Source: a virus. Taken from it: DNA of 64,000 nt. This document shows, in pieces, positions 48,686 through 59,317 of the stretch. Below the pieces are notes generated by a model that worked only from the letters and a program-made list of their open reading frames with translations, was not told the origin of the DNA and did not search any database. The translations under genes were made by a program, and so were the position numbers. The stretch covers positions 17,370 through 81,369 of the IMG/VR virus record IMGVR_UViG_3300043424_000108. The stretch is one strand, 5' to 3'. Positions within the stretch are counted from its first letter, which is position 1. Every line of letters begins with the position of its first letter.

Positions 48686-48982
48686 TTAGTGAAGGGCTGT
48701 CCAAGCACTACCGTCCCAAACTTTAACTTTGTTCAGAGTAGTATCGTATGCCAAGGTACCTTCTGGCTTAGTAGTCAATGCAGCTAAGTCTGTAGTGCTG
48801 TAAGACAAAAGAGTAATGGTAGAATTGTTAACTGTTCCATAAGCAAAAGTTTTGTCGCAGCAAGTAGAGCTACTAGACAAAACCTTCAGGATAAATTTTA
48901 CAAGTGATTTCCCAGGACCTTTGCCAGAAGCATTTTCCAAGGGTTCACTGAATGTTCCAGGTTTTAGAGTGATATCTTTCAT
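48686..48982 (-). CDS. Small head fibre/decoration-like protein
   Basis: C-terminal GTLAYDTTLNKVKVWDGSAW module. Confidence 0.55.
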   Translation of the reverse strand: MKDITLKPGTFSEPLENASGKGPGKSLVKFILKVLSSSSTCCDKTFAYGTVNNSTITLLSYSTTDLAALTTKPEGTLAYDTTLNKVKVWDGSAWTALH

Positions 48983-49005
48983 TTTGATTTAAGTTAATAG
49001 GTTAG

Positions 49006-49033
49006 AAAAAGTGGGGGAGTAAGTTCCCCCACT
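49006..49033 (-). terminator. Intrinsic terminator
   Basis: GTGGGGGAG/TTCCCCCAC stem with a T-run on the - strand. Confidence 0.8.
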
Positions 49034-49047
49034 AAATCTTAAGTTAA

Positions 49048-50232
49048 TTAGACTGTTACGTCCCAAGCTGAACCATCCCAAACGTTGAACAAACCAGTAG
49101 TAGTGTTATAGATAACAGTTCCTATAGGCATGCCAGTCAAGGCATCACGTTGAGTAGTAGTGTAGCTATTTACAGTCAACTGAGAGCTAAACAAGTTATT
49201 GATAAATACTTCAATAGCAGCGGCATTAGCACTTCCAGTTTCAACCAAAATAATCACAGAATGAGTGTTTTGAGTCTTCTTCTCAAAACCTACTGGAGAA
49301 TCTTCCAAATAAGTGATTTCGTACATAGTAAAACCGCTAGCAGCAGTATAGGTAGGTACGTAGAAAAATTTGTTAGCATCCTCGTTGTAGATAGGATTCC
49401 AGTAGTAGCGAGCTTCAGCAACAGCAGGCAAGTTGTTAGTGAAGTAGTTACGCTCCATTTCAGCCATAGCTGCTTTAGCACCTACTGGGTATTTAACAGG
49501 AGTAGTGTAAGTGATAGTCCAAGCAGCGCAAGAATCTTCGATGTCGAAATCTTGAGTGTTGTAAGGACCAGCATGTACATGAGCCTTGAAACGTACCAAG
49601 TTGAATACGTAAGGAACTGCATCAGGAACACAAGCGTTTCCGAATTCATCCAAAGCCTTACCTACCAACTTAACACCGTAGTTAGAACCGCTAGATACCA
49701 AAGAAGCAACTACATACTTGCTCAACAAAGGAGAAGCGTTGATCTTGTTAACAATAGCAGTCATGTAAGTAGATGCAGACAAAGCATCGCAGTCACCACC
49801 ACAATCAGAGCAGCAAGCAGTTTTAACTACTACTGACTCTTGGATCATTGGCTGGTAAATGCCTTTGCTCCAGTACTCGTCAATTTTCAAAGTAACAACG
49901 TACTCTTCGTCACATTTGAAAACAGGAGTAGCAGCAGAAGCTTCATCCCAACCCAAATAAGAAACTTGCTGAGTTACAGTCAAGTCAGGACTAGTCTTTA
50001 CTACAGACAAAATGTTGCTCTGTTTGATAACACTAGTTTTGAAAGTACCGTATTTGTTGTTGGTACCTGTTCCGAAAACCAATTTAAAAGCATCGGGAGT
50101 AGAAGGAGTAGCACCCAAGTTAGAGTTGCCATCAGCGTCAAAAGCAGCAATAGTCTTTTCAGCCATTGCATAAGTACTTGTAGCAGCAGAGATTGCGCTA
50201 GGTACGAAGATTTGTGTGATCTTGTGATTCAT
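49048..50232 (-). CDS. Auxiliary capsid protein candidate
   Basis: 394 aa; codon bias like the MCP; position; C-terminal GTVIYNTTT...VWDGSAW module. Confidence 0.65.
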   Translation of the reverse strand: MNHKITQIFVPSAISAATSTYAMAEKTIAAFDADGNSNLGATPSTPDAFKLVFGTGTNNKYGTFKTSVIKQSNILSVVKTSPDLTVTQQVSYLGWDEASAATPVFKCDEEYVVTLKIDEYWSKGIYQPMIQESVVVKTACCSDCGGDCDALSASTYMTAIVNKINASPLLSKYVVASLVSSGSNYGVKLVGKALDEFGNACVPDAVPYVFNLVRFKAHVHAGPYNTQDFDIEDSCAAWTITYTTPVKYPVGAKAAMAEMERNYFTNNLPAVAEARYYWNPIYNEDANKFFYVPTYTAASGFTMYEITYLEDSPVGFEKKTQNTHSVIILVETGSANAAAIEVFINNLFSSQLTVNSYTTTQRDALTGMPIGTVIYNTTTGLFNVWDGSAWDVTV

Positions 50233-50243
50233 AGTTTTATATT

Positions 50244-50960
50244 TTATTCATTATTTTTGTTTAAACGATCTTCAGCAAACACTGCCTGAGCCTGGTTGTC
50301 CGTAGATTGAGCAGCAAACTTTACAGCTAAATCGACTAGGTCTGACTTAGCATACTCAGGGAGTTCTGAGTCTTGATTCTTAGATGTTGTTCCGTCAAAC
50401 TTAACGTAGCCCTCTACATCTATATTGAGGGGATAACGTAAGTACGTCATAAACACTTTTTGAATCTGAAACTTACTATCAGTATAGACGGTCAAATTAT
50501 CGTTCCCCAGTGTGGCTATAGTTGTTCTCCACTCAAACGAAGGGTTGTAATTTGCATCTAGATACTTAGTGGTAAGTTCTCCATGTCTAATTAAGTCTAC
50601 AGTTATTGGCTCAACACAAGTGCCGTTTTTAGCCATAGCATAAGACGAAATGTAGAACATATAGTTTGCTGCATCTTTCAGTGAACAATCATATCCGACA
50701 TGAAAGAGATCATTTGTTTTTATTGGCTTTAAGGGAACATTGCTTTCCTTCAGAACCTGAAGATCATCAATCCGTTTCCTTATTGAATCGTACCCTACCT
50801 TATAAACATTGTTAGGATTAATCTTTGTCTTAACCCAGCTGATCTGAGCCTTGTTGAGGTAAACTATAATATCTTCAATCGGGATATCAATGTTATCCTG
50901 ACGGTTGATTTTATTTAAAGTTAGTTTAAACTCATAGATGAGTTCCTCAACAGGGATCAT
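50244..50960 (-). CDS. Head-tail connector/ring protein
   Basis: YLNKAQ, KRIDDLQVL, YLRYP, ELPE.....LVDLAV pattern. Confidence 0.7.
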   Translation of the reverse strand: MIPVEELIYEFKLTLNKINRQDNIDIPIEDIIVYLNKAQISWVKTKINPNNVYKVGYDSIRKRIDDLQVLKESNVPLKPIKTNDLFHVGYDCSLKDAANYMFYISSYAMAKNGTCVEPITVDLIRHGELTTKYLDANYNPSFEWRTTIATLGNDNLTVYTDSKFQIQKVFMTYLRYPLNIDVEGYVKFDGTTSKNQDSELPEYAKSDLVDLAVKFAAQSTDNQAQAVFAEDRLNKNNE

Positions 50961-50977
50961 ATCAGTTATTTAGTTTA

Positions 50978-51916
50978 TTATAGAGCGTCAATTCGTGCTT
51001 TGTTCTTTAGTTTTTCCTTAAAGGCTGTGTACTCTTCAGTGTTCTTAGGATCTGCCAAGAAAAGTTCAAACTCTTCAATTGACTTAGACCACACATGCTC
51101 ACCTTCGTATACAATAGAACCTTTAATTCTAACTATGTTTTTATCTACTAGATCTCTAACTAGAGACTTAACATCTAACAAGTCATCACTATAAGCCATG
51201 ATTCTGTTAAACTGTTCGATAGGGTCTCTATCTAGAGCAGAGGCAGGTGTACGGAGGAACTCGTCTACTGCATTGTAAACTTCTTCTTCTGTAGCATCCA
51301 TAGGCAAACCTAAGCCGATAAGTTTCTGAACCTTCTTACGCTTGCTTGCAGTCATCTTATCCAGAGATGCAATAGCGCTGTTGATCTTCTTCTTACGCTC
51401 AAAGGTTGTCTTGGTTTCAACATCACCATTGTAAACGTAGAACTTTACAATTGATGTATCAACCTTACCACTTTCTATGTCATCCATAGAGGCAGCAACC
51501 ATATCAGTTTCCATTAACCAATAGAAGTTGATTGCGTCTCTTGGATTCTCCATATTGAAGAGGTTGTCACCGTCTTCTAGGGTATAGCCATTTTCTTTGA
51601 TTTCGTCATAGAACGTACTGTTAGGCAACAAGGACTCGTCTAGGATAGACTCGTAGTATTCTCTAAGTTGTGTAACTCTTTGAATCTCTTGCTCTCTAAC
51701 TTTTAGGTCTAAGATTCCACGGAACTTTGGAGAGTTCTCGTCTAATCCTGTCCGAATTACTCCACGTGAATCAACTCGTGGGAAAAATTTTCTTACTGTT
51801 CCTGGAATGAAGTTATATCCATTCTGGTACAATGAACCCTCTAAGGTGCGCATGCTAGATGGTTGACGTTTGAAGGGACGAATAATACGCACTCCCTGTG
51901 CTATTTGTTTACTCAT
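50978..51916 (-). CDS. Conserved crAss-like capsid-module protein
   Basis: 312 aa immediately downstream of the MCP; TGL...E, L..P.D, FL.DPKN. Confidence 0.65.
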   Translation of the reverse strand: MSKQIAQGVRIIRPFKRQPSSMRTLEGSLYQNGYNFIPGTVRKFFPRVDSRGVIRTGLDENSPKFRGILDLKVREQEIQRVTQLREYYESILDESLLPNSTFYDEIKENGYTLEDGDNLFNMENPRDAINFYWLMETDMVAASMDDIESGKVDTSIVKFYVYNGDVETKTTFERKKKINSAIASLDKMTASKRKKVQKLIGLGLPMDATEEEVYNAVDEFLRTPASALDRDPIEQFNRIMAYSDDLLDVKSLVRDLVDKNIVRIKGSIVYEGEHVWSKSIEEFELFLADPKNTEEYTAFKEKLKNKARIDAL

Positions 51917-51956
51917 TTGGTTTGGTTTTGGTTTTAGTTCTAACTTTATCTAATTA

Positions 51957-51980
51957 GGAGGGGGCTATTAAACCCCCTCC
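51957..51980 (-). terminator. GC-rich hairpin after the major capsid gene
   Basis: GGAGGGGG/CCCCCTCC stem; weak U-tract. Confidence 0.6.
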
Positions 51981-51995
51981 GTCATAGATTCGCAA

Positions 51996-53519
51996 TTAGA
52001 TGCGAGGGAATTCTTTAATGATTACAGTCTTGGTAGGATCTTCCAAGAAGATACCACAGAAGTCCTTCATGATGTAGGTACTGTAAGGATCTTTGTTAGC
52101 GATTGATGTCTGTTGAGCACCGAATCCTACTGAACCTGCAATGTACTGGTAGTACATGTTAGGACGAGTAGACAATTTTACCTCACGGATACCAGCGTCT
52201 TCTTGACCACTTACATCCAAGATGATGAAGATTGGAGGAGTCTTCTTGTTAGGACCCAACTCCAAGAAGGTAGCATGCTCGTTCAACTGTTCCAATTCTA
52301 CGAATTCTACAGGACCAGTTTCGGTGGTCATGAAGTGATCGAATTGGAAAGCGTAACCTTGCTTGGTACGATCTTTACCATCCAAGAACTTATCAGCAGA
52401 TACAGTGAAGTTCTGACCGTTGAAGTCTTTGCGGATAGCAGTAGAAGCCAACTCCATACCAGAACGGTTAGTGTAGATCTTCACGCTACGATCTTTAATC
52501 AACACACGGTTGTAGAACAAGTCACCGATAGCAGTACGAATCAAGTTCAAAGAGAATTGACCACGATCGTAGTAGATAACGTTACCCAAGTGCAATTGCT
52601 GCCACAAACCTTGCTTGGCACGAGTAGGACGACCTTTTTCGTCTTTACCGTTACCTTGACGACCCCACATCAAAGTGTTAGCCTTCATACGCAACATTTC
52701 CATACGCAACAAACGAGATACAGTAGGCTCCCAACCAACAATCTTGGTCTTTTCGCCTTCAGCCATAGGATCAGAAACTGAGTAGTAGGTGATATCCATA
52801 GGATTACCAGCTGCGTCAGTTTGCATACCCAATTTGGTAGCATCAGCCCAGTCAGTGATAGTGTGTTCAACACCATACTGTTGCAATACGTCAGCCATTA
52901 CTTCCAAGTTACCATCGAACAATCCCAAGCTAGAGAATGAAGTGGTGTACTCACCCAATACGTTACCGATCTTGAAGTACTCAACTCCTACAGCCAAGAA
53001 ACGAGCATCTACGAAATCAGCAGCAGAAGCGCCAACAGCAGTACACTTGTATTTGAAACCGTTTTGGAATTTCTCTCCCTCAGATACGATCTGGATTTGA
53101 GTCTCTTGCTCGTAGCGGTGAGCAGTTACGATATCGTTTACAACGAATACGTTCTTGTCAAACACCAATTCGAATACAGAACCATCTCTACCAGGATTAG
53201 AAGCAGAAGTACCGATGATGATTTTAGGCAACTCAGCACGCTTCTTGATTTTGTAGGTGAAAACACCGTTAGGATCGTTAACCATGAAAGGCTTACCAGT
53301 CTTCATGACCAAATCCAAAAGGTCGTTCTTGTACAATTTAGTGTCAGTGAAAAGACGGATCATCATTTTGTCATACTGGTCAGGCTTAGTGCGCAACATA
53401 GTTTCAACAAAATTCTTGTCTGTCAATTTACCCAAACCATTCTTAGAATAGAATGAGCTTGTCATGTGAGCGTTAGCTATAACTCTCCCATTAACATGTG
53501 GAATACTTTGATTAGGCAT
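51996..53519 (-). CDS. Major capsid protein
   Basis: 507 aa after portal and scaffold; GLWQQL, YT..SGM, DPTK pattern; strong codon bias. Confidence 0.85.
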   Translation of the reverse strand: MPNQSIPHVNGRVIANAHMTSSFYSKNGLGKLTDKNFVETMLRTKPDQYDKMMIRLFTDTKLYKNDLLDLVMKTGKPFMVNDPNGVFTYKIKKRAELPKIIIGTSASNPGRDGSVFELVFDKNVFVVNDIVTAHRYEQETQIQIVSEGEKFQNGFKYKCTAVGASAADFVDARFLAVGVEYFKIGNVLGEYTTSFSSLGLFDGNLEVMADVLQQYGVEHTITDWADATKLGMQTDAAGNPMDITYYSVSDPMAEGEKTKIVGWEPTVSRLLRMEMLRMKANTLMWGRQGNGKDEKGRPTRAKQGLWQQLHLGNVIYYDRGQFSLNLIRTAIGDLFYNRVLIKDRSVKIYTNRSGMELASTAIRKDFNGQNFTVSADKFLDGKDRTKQGYAFQFDHFMTTETGPVEFVELEQLNEHATFLELGPNKKTPPIFIILDVSGQEDAGIREVKLSTRPNMYYQYIAGSVGFGAQQTSIANKDPYSTYIMKDFCGIFLEDPTKTVIIKEFPRI

Positions 53520-53551
53520 AGTAGTAATTTATTTTTTTTGTTTTTGTGTTT

Positions 53552-54688
53552 TTATTTGAAGTACCTTGAGAATAGGTCGTCATTAGATTTTGAGGGCTTA
53601 GTCGACTTTTTGCTCTTGGTCTTTAAATCATTGAAGAGAGAATTAGTTTCTTCGGTAACAGCTTTTCTTTTTACAGGAGTCAAGTCCAAATCACTCTGAA
53701 CAAGTTTTGCTACAGCTAGAAACTTACTTGGGTCTTCTTGACGCATCTTAGCTAGTTTGTATTCAAACTCACTAATACGCTGACCATTGGGAAGAACGTG
53801 GGGTTTAGAAAGAACAAAGTCAAAAAGCTCACTTGCAGACTGTTCATTGATTGGGTATCCTTCGATAGCTCCAGAAGCAATTGCTCCATCAAGTACGTCA
53901 GCATATAACTGTTCTCTTTCTTCTTCTTTCTGTCTCATCGCCTGTACTCGTGCTTCACTCTCTTGTGCGAGTGCTGCTCTTTCCTGCTGCATCTTCTCTA
54001 CCAGTTTACCATGGTATTTCTGAGAGTATGCTTCTAAGCGATCATTGTCTCTAGCATAGTTAAGTTGATCCGTGATTTCATCTTCGTCCATTCCTGTCTT
54101 AGCTAGATACAAACGGAAAACTCTTTCTTGGTTTGCTTCTACGCTCAAGTCTACATTCTCTACAATCTGTTCATTAGAGAACATCTGTAAGTATTCTTGA
54201 ACAGGGACTTTATTGATGAAGATATCTTCGATCATCTGTACTCCTGCTTCTCCGTAGGTCTCTGTAGCCAACTGCTCTAACTGATTCCATGCTCTGTCTT
54301 CGATGGTTTCATTCATCTTTTCTAAGAACGTTTGTTCAGTCCACTCGATCTCTTCATCCTCATCTACGTTAAGCATTCCTGCTTTTGCAAGACCTTTACC
54401 GAATACTTCGAAGTAGTTTTCTTCTTCGTCATCGTTATCGTCTAGGTCTATTTCTTCTTCCTCTTCTTCCTCTTCTGTAGGAGGAGGCGTAGGAGTCTTA
54501 GGCGGTGTTGGTGGTGTTGGAGGATTATCTAAATCTTCATCTTCCAAAGGATCAAACTCTTCTCCTCCTAGGATATCGGGTTTGATGTTTGCATTGGGAT
54601 CTTCAACAGGAGTATCCAGGTCTAGTGGATCATCTACGGAAAAACTGTCAAAGAACTCTAGATTCTCTAAAGAACTATTAGGTGTCAT
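53552..54688 (-). CDS. Acidic scaffolding protein candidate
   Basis: D/E- and Pro-rich N-terminus, coiled coil; between portal and MCP. Confidence 0.7.
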   Translation of the reverse strand: MTPNSSLENLEFFDSFSVDDPLDLDTPVEDPNANIKPDILGGEEFDPLEDEDLDNPPTPPTPPKTPTPPPTEEEEEEEEIDLDDNDDEEENYFEVFGKGLAKAGMLNVDEDEEIEWTEQTFLEKMNETIEDRAWNQLEQLATETYGEAGVQMIEDIFINKVPVQEYLQMFSNEQIVENVDLSVEANQERVFRLYLAKTGMDEDEITDQLNYARDNDRLEAYSQKYHGKLVEKMQQERAALAQESEARVQAMRQKEEEREQLYADVLDGAIASGAIEGYPINEQSASELFDFVLSKPHVLPNGQRISEFEYKLAKMRQEDPSKFLAVAKLVQSDLDLTPVKRKAVTEETNSLFNDLKTKSKKSTKPSKSNDDLFSRYFK

Positions 54689-54708
54689 AAGGTTAGTTTG
54701 GTTTAATT

Positions 54709-54738
54709 CAAAAGTAATATTTTAAAAAATTAACACAA
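54709..54738 (-). promoter_or_regulatory. Bacteroidota-type promoter for scaffold/MCP
   Basis: TTG-N19-TACTTTTG. Confidence 0.65.
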
Positions 54739-54775
54739 GAGATTAATAATTTTGGTTATGATATACACATTAAGT

Positions 54776-54810
54776 TAAAATAGGGGATTTTCAGGCTCAA
54801 AAACCCCCTA
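54776..54810 (-). terminator. Intrinsic terminator after portal
   Basis: TAGGGG/CCCCTA stem extended by A/T pairs, T-run on the - strand. Confidence 0.7.
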
Positions 54811-54823
54811 CTTTAAGCCCATT

Positions 54824-57277
54824 TTATTTCTTTTTTGAGCCTGAATCGTATTTGTTTTTATTTGTTTGAGCTATTTTTAGCTTGGTATCTATGTCTTTCT
54901 CCTTGAGAGACAACTCTTTCTCCTTTAAACTTAGCTCTTTATTCTTAGTTACTTTTTCAAAAGTTTGCTTAGAAATATCTTGAGCTATTTTAGTTTGTTC
55001 AATTAGGAGTCCAGTAGTATCTACTTCAGGATTATAAGAACCTTCGTTAGCAATACCTTGAAGCTGTACTACCTGAAGTCTGTTCTCACGATCAAGTTGC
55101 TTGTTCATATCCTCTCTGCGTGCATCTTCTGCTTTCTGAGCTGCCTCCATCTGCATCTTCTGTTCGAACTGTGCTTGTTGCTGTTCCAACTGTTGTTGCT
55201 TGATTGCTTGCTCTTGTTGACGAATAGCTTCTTTACGAGTCTGTACATCAGCCAAGGTCTTACGAAGACTTCTCTCAGAGTTAGCAGTAAACAAATCTAC
55301 CATTTCAGAAAGCTCTGCTCCATTCTGCATAGCAGGTTGAGCCAATTGCTTCAACTGTTCTAGTGTTACTTTATCCTCAGCATAAGAAGAAACAAATACA
55401 AATAGTTCATGAAGGAGTTCGTTCTTGCTTACTTGTAAGAATACAGTCTCTAATTCAGAGTTCAAGTAGTTAAGCGTAGAAGTAGGCTTCTGCAATTCGA
55501 TGTACTGAGCCATGTCCAAAATAGTCTGGTAAACTTTCTGCAAGATGTTATCATGCCAAGCAAACCAAGTCTCTGTCTGAGCAAAAGATTGAATCAAGGC
55601 ATTGTTCGCAGCAGTTGCTGTATCTGATGCTTGAGAGTTACCTAGACGTTGACGAGTAAGACCTACCAACTCATAAGCTTCCAAACGAAGTTGCTGAGCT
55701 AATTGAATACGTGCTTGGATTTCTTGAGAACGTGTAAGATCTAAGCGAGAGAATTGGTTGAACTGTACAGCTCCTCCTGTATTCTCAATCGAAGTATCAA
55801 TCAAAAGAGTACCTCTGTTCTTAGCATTCCACAACATTGTCTCGATAGGATCTTGAGAATCTTTCTTAGGAACAACCTTAAGGTCACCCAAGAACACAAC
55901 TCCAATCTCTTTTTCAAGCAACTCCCACAACTGGTTCATACAGATGTTGTAAAGAACCTGATAAGGCTTAAGGAGATCTAGAAGAGATTTACCTTGAGTG
56001 TTACGAGTAGTATTGATAATACCTACGATAGGAGCCTGTTGAGTAAACTCTAGAGGTTCTACGTTTACGTAGATGTCTGCTCCAATTTTGATACCTCTCC
56101 ACCATTCGTTAATCCAAAGTTCTTCAAGCATAACATCACCTAAGGTTTTGTCCATCTTATAGTCTTCAGATACAAACATCTCTTGTTGGAATCCTTCTTC
56201 GTCTAAGTAAGTTCTTTTGAAGATTTTCTTTTTAGACTGCCAGTAAGAAGTAACAACTGTATAAGAGTGCTGAGAGTTAAAAGAGAATACGTTATGGTCA
56301 ATACCTCCATTAGCAAAGTCACCTACGTTCTCAAATGTCAACTGCCACAAAGGATCATTAGGATCTGGAAGAGCAGGAGCCAAAGGAGAGTACTCGTTGT
56401 TTCTTAAGTTCTGCAGAGAACGATTCTTAAGATGCTCTACTTCTTCTCCTGTTAGGTTGTAGCGTTCTACAATCTCAGTCATAGAAAGAACTTCAATAAG
56501 ACCGAGTGCCCAACAATCAGAAGTGTACTGAGCATTACGATTAGCCAAGTACCATACGTTAGATGGGTTTTCTACTTTATAGTTAAAGCCTAAGCGAGAA
56601 TTGTCAGGATAGAAGTGGTGAAACTCTTTACCTGTTACCAAGAAGTCTAAGAATGCTCCCTGTGATTTTTCTCTAAAGTTAAAGTGATACTTAAGAGCGT
56701 TAAGAGTTTTGTTACCCCACTCTTCTGCAACTGAAGTATAATCCAAGATTTTATCCTGAATCTCTTTCTGCATTTGAGCCTCTTGTTCTGGATCTATAGG
56801 TTGTCCTTCTAGCTGTGCTTGCAATTTCTGAAGGAAATGTTCCTTGATCAACTCAGTCCTAAAGTCAATAGTCTCGTTAATAGCCTCATCATCTACAGCT
56901 TTTACTTTGTATTTGTGAGGACGATTAATCAACTCACCCTTCAACTGATTGATAGGGGGGTTAACTATTGGATAGTGCTTCAAGTGTTGAGGTACTTCAG
57001 GTTCCTGATCTGGAACATCGCTTAAGTAACTCATCAACTCCTGATACTCAGGCACGTTTGTGTAGTCAGCAAAGTTGAATTCACCGTTGAGCAAACGGTA
57101 GTTCTTTCTGAAGTTGATATTTTGCTTATACTGCGAGAACGCAATATTTGCAAAGTAGTCCATAGTAGACTTAATCCATTGCTCTTTCTCTTTCTCCGAT
57201 AAGCTTATAAACTGCTCAGGGTAGAAATAGGCGTGATTTAGTGGATCAGTGTACTCTTTAAGAGATTCAATAATCAT
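54824..57277 (-). CDS. Portal protein
   Basis: 817 aa; HYPI..P.IN.L.GE..RP, W..EWW.G.KIG, SL.D.LKPYQ.LYN, G.TRQR.G; follows terL. Confidence 0.88.
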   Translation of the reverse strand: MIIESLKEYTDPLNHAYFYPEQFISLSEKEKEQWIKSTMDYFANIAFSQYKQNINFRKNYRLLNGEFNFADYTNVPEYQELMSYLSDVPDQEPEVPQHLKHYPIVNPPINQLKGELINRPHKYKVKAVDDEAINETIDFRTELIKEHFLQKLQAQLEGQPIDPEQEAQMQKEIQDKILDYTSVAEEWGNKTLNALKYHFNFREKSQGAFLDFLVTGKEFHHFYPDNSRLGFNYKVENPSNVWYLANRNAQYTSDCWALGLIEVLSMTEIVERYNLTGEEVEHLKNRSLQNLRNNEYSPLAPALPDPNDPLWQLTFENVGDFANGGIDHNVFSFNSQHSYTVVTSYWQSKKKIFKRTYLDEEGFQQEMFVSEDYKMDKTLGDVMLEELWINEWWRGIKIGADIYVNVEPLEFTQQAPIVGIINTTRNTQGKSLLDLLKPYQVLYNICMNQLWELLEKEIGVVFLGDLKVVPKKDSQDPIETMLWNAKNRGTLLIDTSIENTGGAVQFNQFSRLDLTRSQEIQARIQLAQQLRLEAYELVGLTRQRLGNSQASDTATAANNALIQSFAQTETWFAWHDNILQKVYQTILDMAQYIELQKPTSTLNYLNSELETVFLQVSKNELLHELFVFVSSYAEDKVTLEQLKQLAQPAMQNGAELSEMVDLFTANSERSLRKTLADVQTRKEAIRQQEQAIKQQQLEQQQAQFEQKMQMEAAQKAEDARREDMNKQLDRENRLQVVQLQGIANEGSYNPEVDTTGLLIEQTKIAQDISKQTFEKVTKNKELSLKEKELSLKEKDIDTKLKIAQTNKNKYDSGSKKK

Positions 57278-57302
57278 TTCAGTATATGTATTTTAGTTTT
57301 AG

Positions 57303-59312
57303 TTAATAACGGAAGGGAGATGATGTAGTACGAAATAGAGAGTTCCCTTTCTTCTCTCTAAAGTATGCTTGCATTCTAGTGTCTTGACTTGCATCAGATA
57401 CAATTACCTGAGTGTTCAATGATTTAGCCATTGCCAATGTTAAACCAAAAGATATAACTCGGTCAACATTTAACTTAGGTGTGAACTTAATTAATTCCTT
57501 AATCAGTACAGGGTCCAATATTCTAGTCACTCCTAGACGTTCTTTAACTATGTTTCCATCTGCGTCTCTTTCTATTTCTACTACTTCGGTAATGTACTCA
57601 ATGATTAGGGACATTAGATAGTTTTTAATATCCTTAGTCATGTGAATACCGTAGTCACGATTAACTGTAGAGTTAGGGTGAATATCGTTCAAAAATCTAG
57701 GCGTCTTTTCAAGTACTCTAGGAGACTCGTTTTTATCTACACAGTGTTGAATAAAACCGTAGTCCATGTTTTCACAAAGAGTCTTAGCATTATAATACTT
57801 AAGAAGCATCTTAGTAGTCTCATACCAAGTCTCAATCTTCTTAGGACGACCTGTGTAACAAGCAACAACCATATTCTGCCACCCTTCTCCGTTTAAGTTG
57901 TGGACCCTTTTGTAAATATAAGTAGACCCCAAAGAAGTTGAGTAGTGAGCTTGTGATTGTTTGTATGGATCCGTTCCTGCTGTATAAAGGCCATAGGGAG
58001 CATCTGACAGAGGATATTCCCAAATCTGTACGCAACCCTCAATGTCGTCTGTTGGCTTCACTGGGAACGTTGTAACGGCTTTCTTATCTGTAAACTTGTG
58101 TCTAATAGTTCCGTCAGATCCTGTATACAACTCTACGTTATCAGCTGCAATCTCTTGGGCTGTTAGTTTCTGTAATTGTTCTTGAAGCAAATCAACTGGA
58201 AAGATGTTCTGAGATAACTCCAAGAAACACTCCTCATGAGTTAGTGGGTAGTACATTACTTCTTTCAAGTAAGTCTCTAATCCACTAGACTTTTTAATTT
58301 GTTCTCTAGACTTAAGGATCTGATCTTTTCCTTTCTCTTCGTCCGCTACCCAGATCTTAATTAAATCTAACTCAGATTGATCTTCCTTACCTAAGTAAAG
58401 ACCTAAAGACTTTTCTTCTTTTGGTACTTTTAAAGAACGAGTTCCTGGAATAAACAATCCATAAGACTTTCCTGACTCATTAGATTCTACAGGAAGAAAG
58501 TTATAGGCTTCTGGGTTATTGAAAAGCTCCTCTAGGTCAGCAGCCTTGCTCATATCTCCAGATGTACCAATTACAAAAGGAGAACAACGCCATCCATAAG
58601 GACTATCAAAACACGGAGTAGTTGCCGCTAGACAACTAAGAATCTTTCCTTTTCCTCCTTCTTCCAAAAGAAAAGAAGATAGAGTAAGACCTGCCGCAGC
58701 TTCCGTATTGTTACCTTCATCAAAGTTCCTGACGTGAAACTTAGACCACTCATTACGAGCATTAGTCTTCTTGTCTTTAAATCCTAAAGTTACCTGCTTC
58801 TTCCAGTCATCCTCAATACGAGGAAATCTAAAATAGTCAGGAAGATTCCTAAGACCTAAGTCTACATAGTCTGTGATTACTTTTAAGTCAGGCTGGTTAA
58901 GGGCAGAAATAAGGTTATCAGATCCTCTTTGTGTTACAGCTTTGTGAGCCATGTAGGAAGAAGTAAGAACTGACTTAGATATACGTCTAGATCCTACCAT
59001 AACAACTCCTTTCTTACCGTCTTCATGATTCTCCGCTTTGTTAATGGTTTCATCTACATCTAAGTAAGTGTCCCACAACTGAGGTTTATCCAGTTTACGA
59101 ACCTGACGCTTGCCTATCATAGTGTCCACATAAATGGACCAGTAGTTTAAGTGCCAGTAGATAAAAGGAGAAAAATAGAATCCGTTAATAGTTACACCCT
59201 CTGTAATCTTTTTGTCTTCGTTTTCCCAGAACGCAGTATACTCCTCTGAACCATTATCAGGGAGATTACGTACGTTAATAAGAAATTCAGGACTGTCTAG
59301 ATTTGGATACAT
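57303..59312 (-). CDS. terL: Terminase large subunit
   Basis: Walker A-like GSRRISKS, Walker B LLEEGG, IGTSG, nuclease GTDPY and NVDR. Confidence 0.92.
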   Translation of the reverse strand: MYPNLDSPEFLINVRNLPDNGSEEYTAFWENEDKKITEGVTINGFYFSPFIYWHLNYWSIYVDTMIGKRQVRKLDKPQLWDTYLDVDETINKAENHEDGKKGVVMVGSRRISKSVLTSSYMAHKAVTQRGSDNLISALNQPDLKVITDYVDLGLRNLPDYFRFPRIEDDWKKQVTLGFKDKKTNARNEWSKFHVRNFDEGNNTEAAAGLTLSSFLLEEGGKGKILSCLAATTPCFDSPYGWRCSPFVIGTSGDMSKAADLEELFNNPEAYNFLPVESNESGKSYGLFIPGTRSLKVPKEEKSLGLYLGKEDQSELDLIKIWVADEEKGKDQILKSREQIKKSSGLETYLKEVMYYPLTHEECFLELSQNIFPVDLLQEQLQKLTAQEIAADNVELYTGSDGTIRHKFTDKKAVTTFPVKPTDDIEGCVQIWEYPLSDAPYGLYTAGTDPYKQSQAHYSTSLGSTYIYKRVHNLNGEGWQNMVVACYTGRPKKIETWYETTKMLLKYYNAKTLCENMDYGFIQHCVDKNESPRVLEKTPRFLNDIHPNSTVNRDYGIHMTKDIKNYLMSLIIEYITEVVEIERDADGNIVKERLGVTRILDPVLIKELIKFTPKLNVDRVISFGLTLAMAKSLNTQVIVSDASQDTRMQAYFREKKGNSLFRTTSSPFRY

Positions 59313-59317
59313 AACTA

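Noticed and set aside
49150-53456. Long antisense ORFs over the auxiliary and major capsid genes (e.g. 49150-49836, 52203-52781)
   Set aside because: Explained by codon bias of highly expressed genes (few TTA/CTA/TCA codons give few antisense stops); no motifs or promoters
54400-54545. Low-complexity TTC/GGT repeats
   Set aside because: They simply encode the Pro- and Glu-rich linker of the scaffold protein
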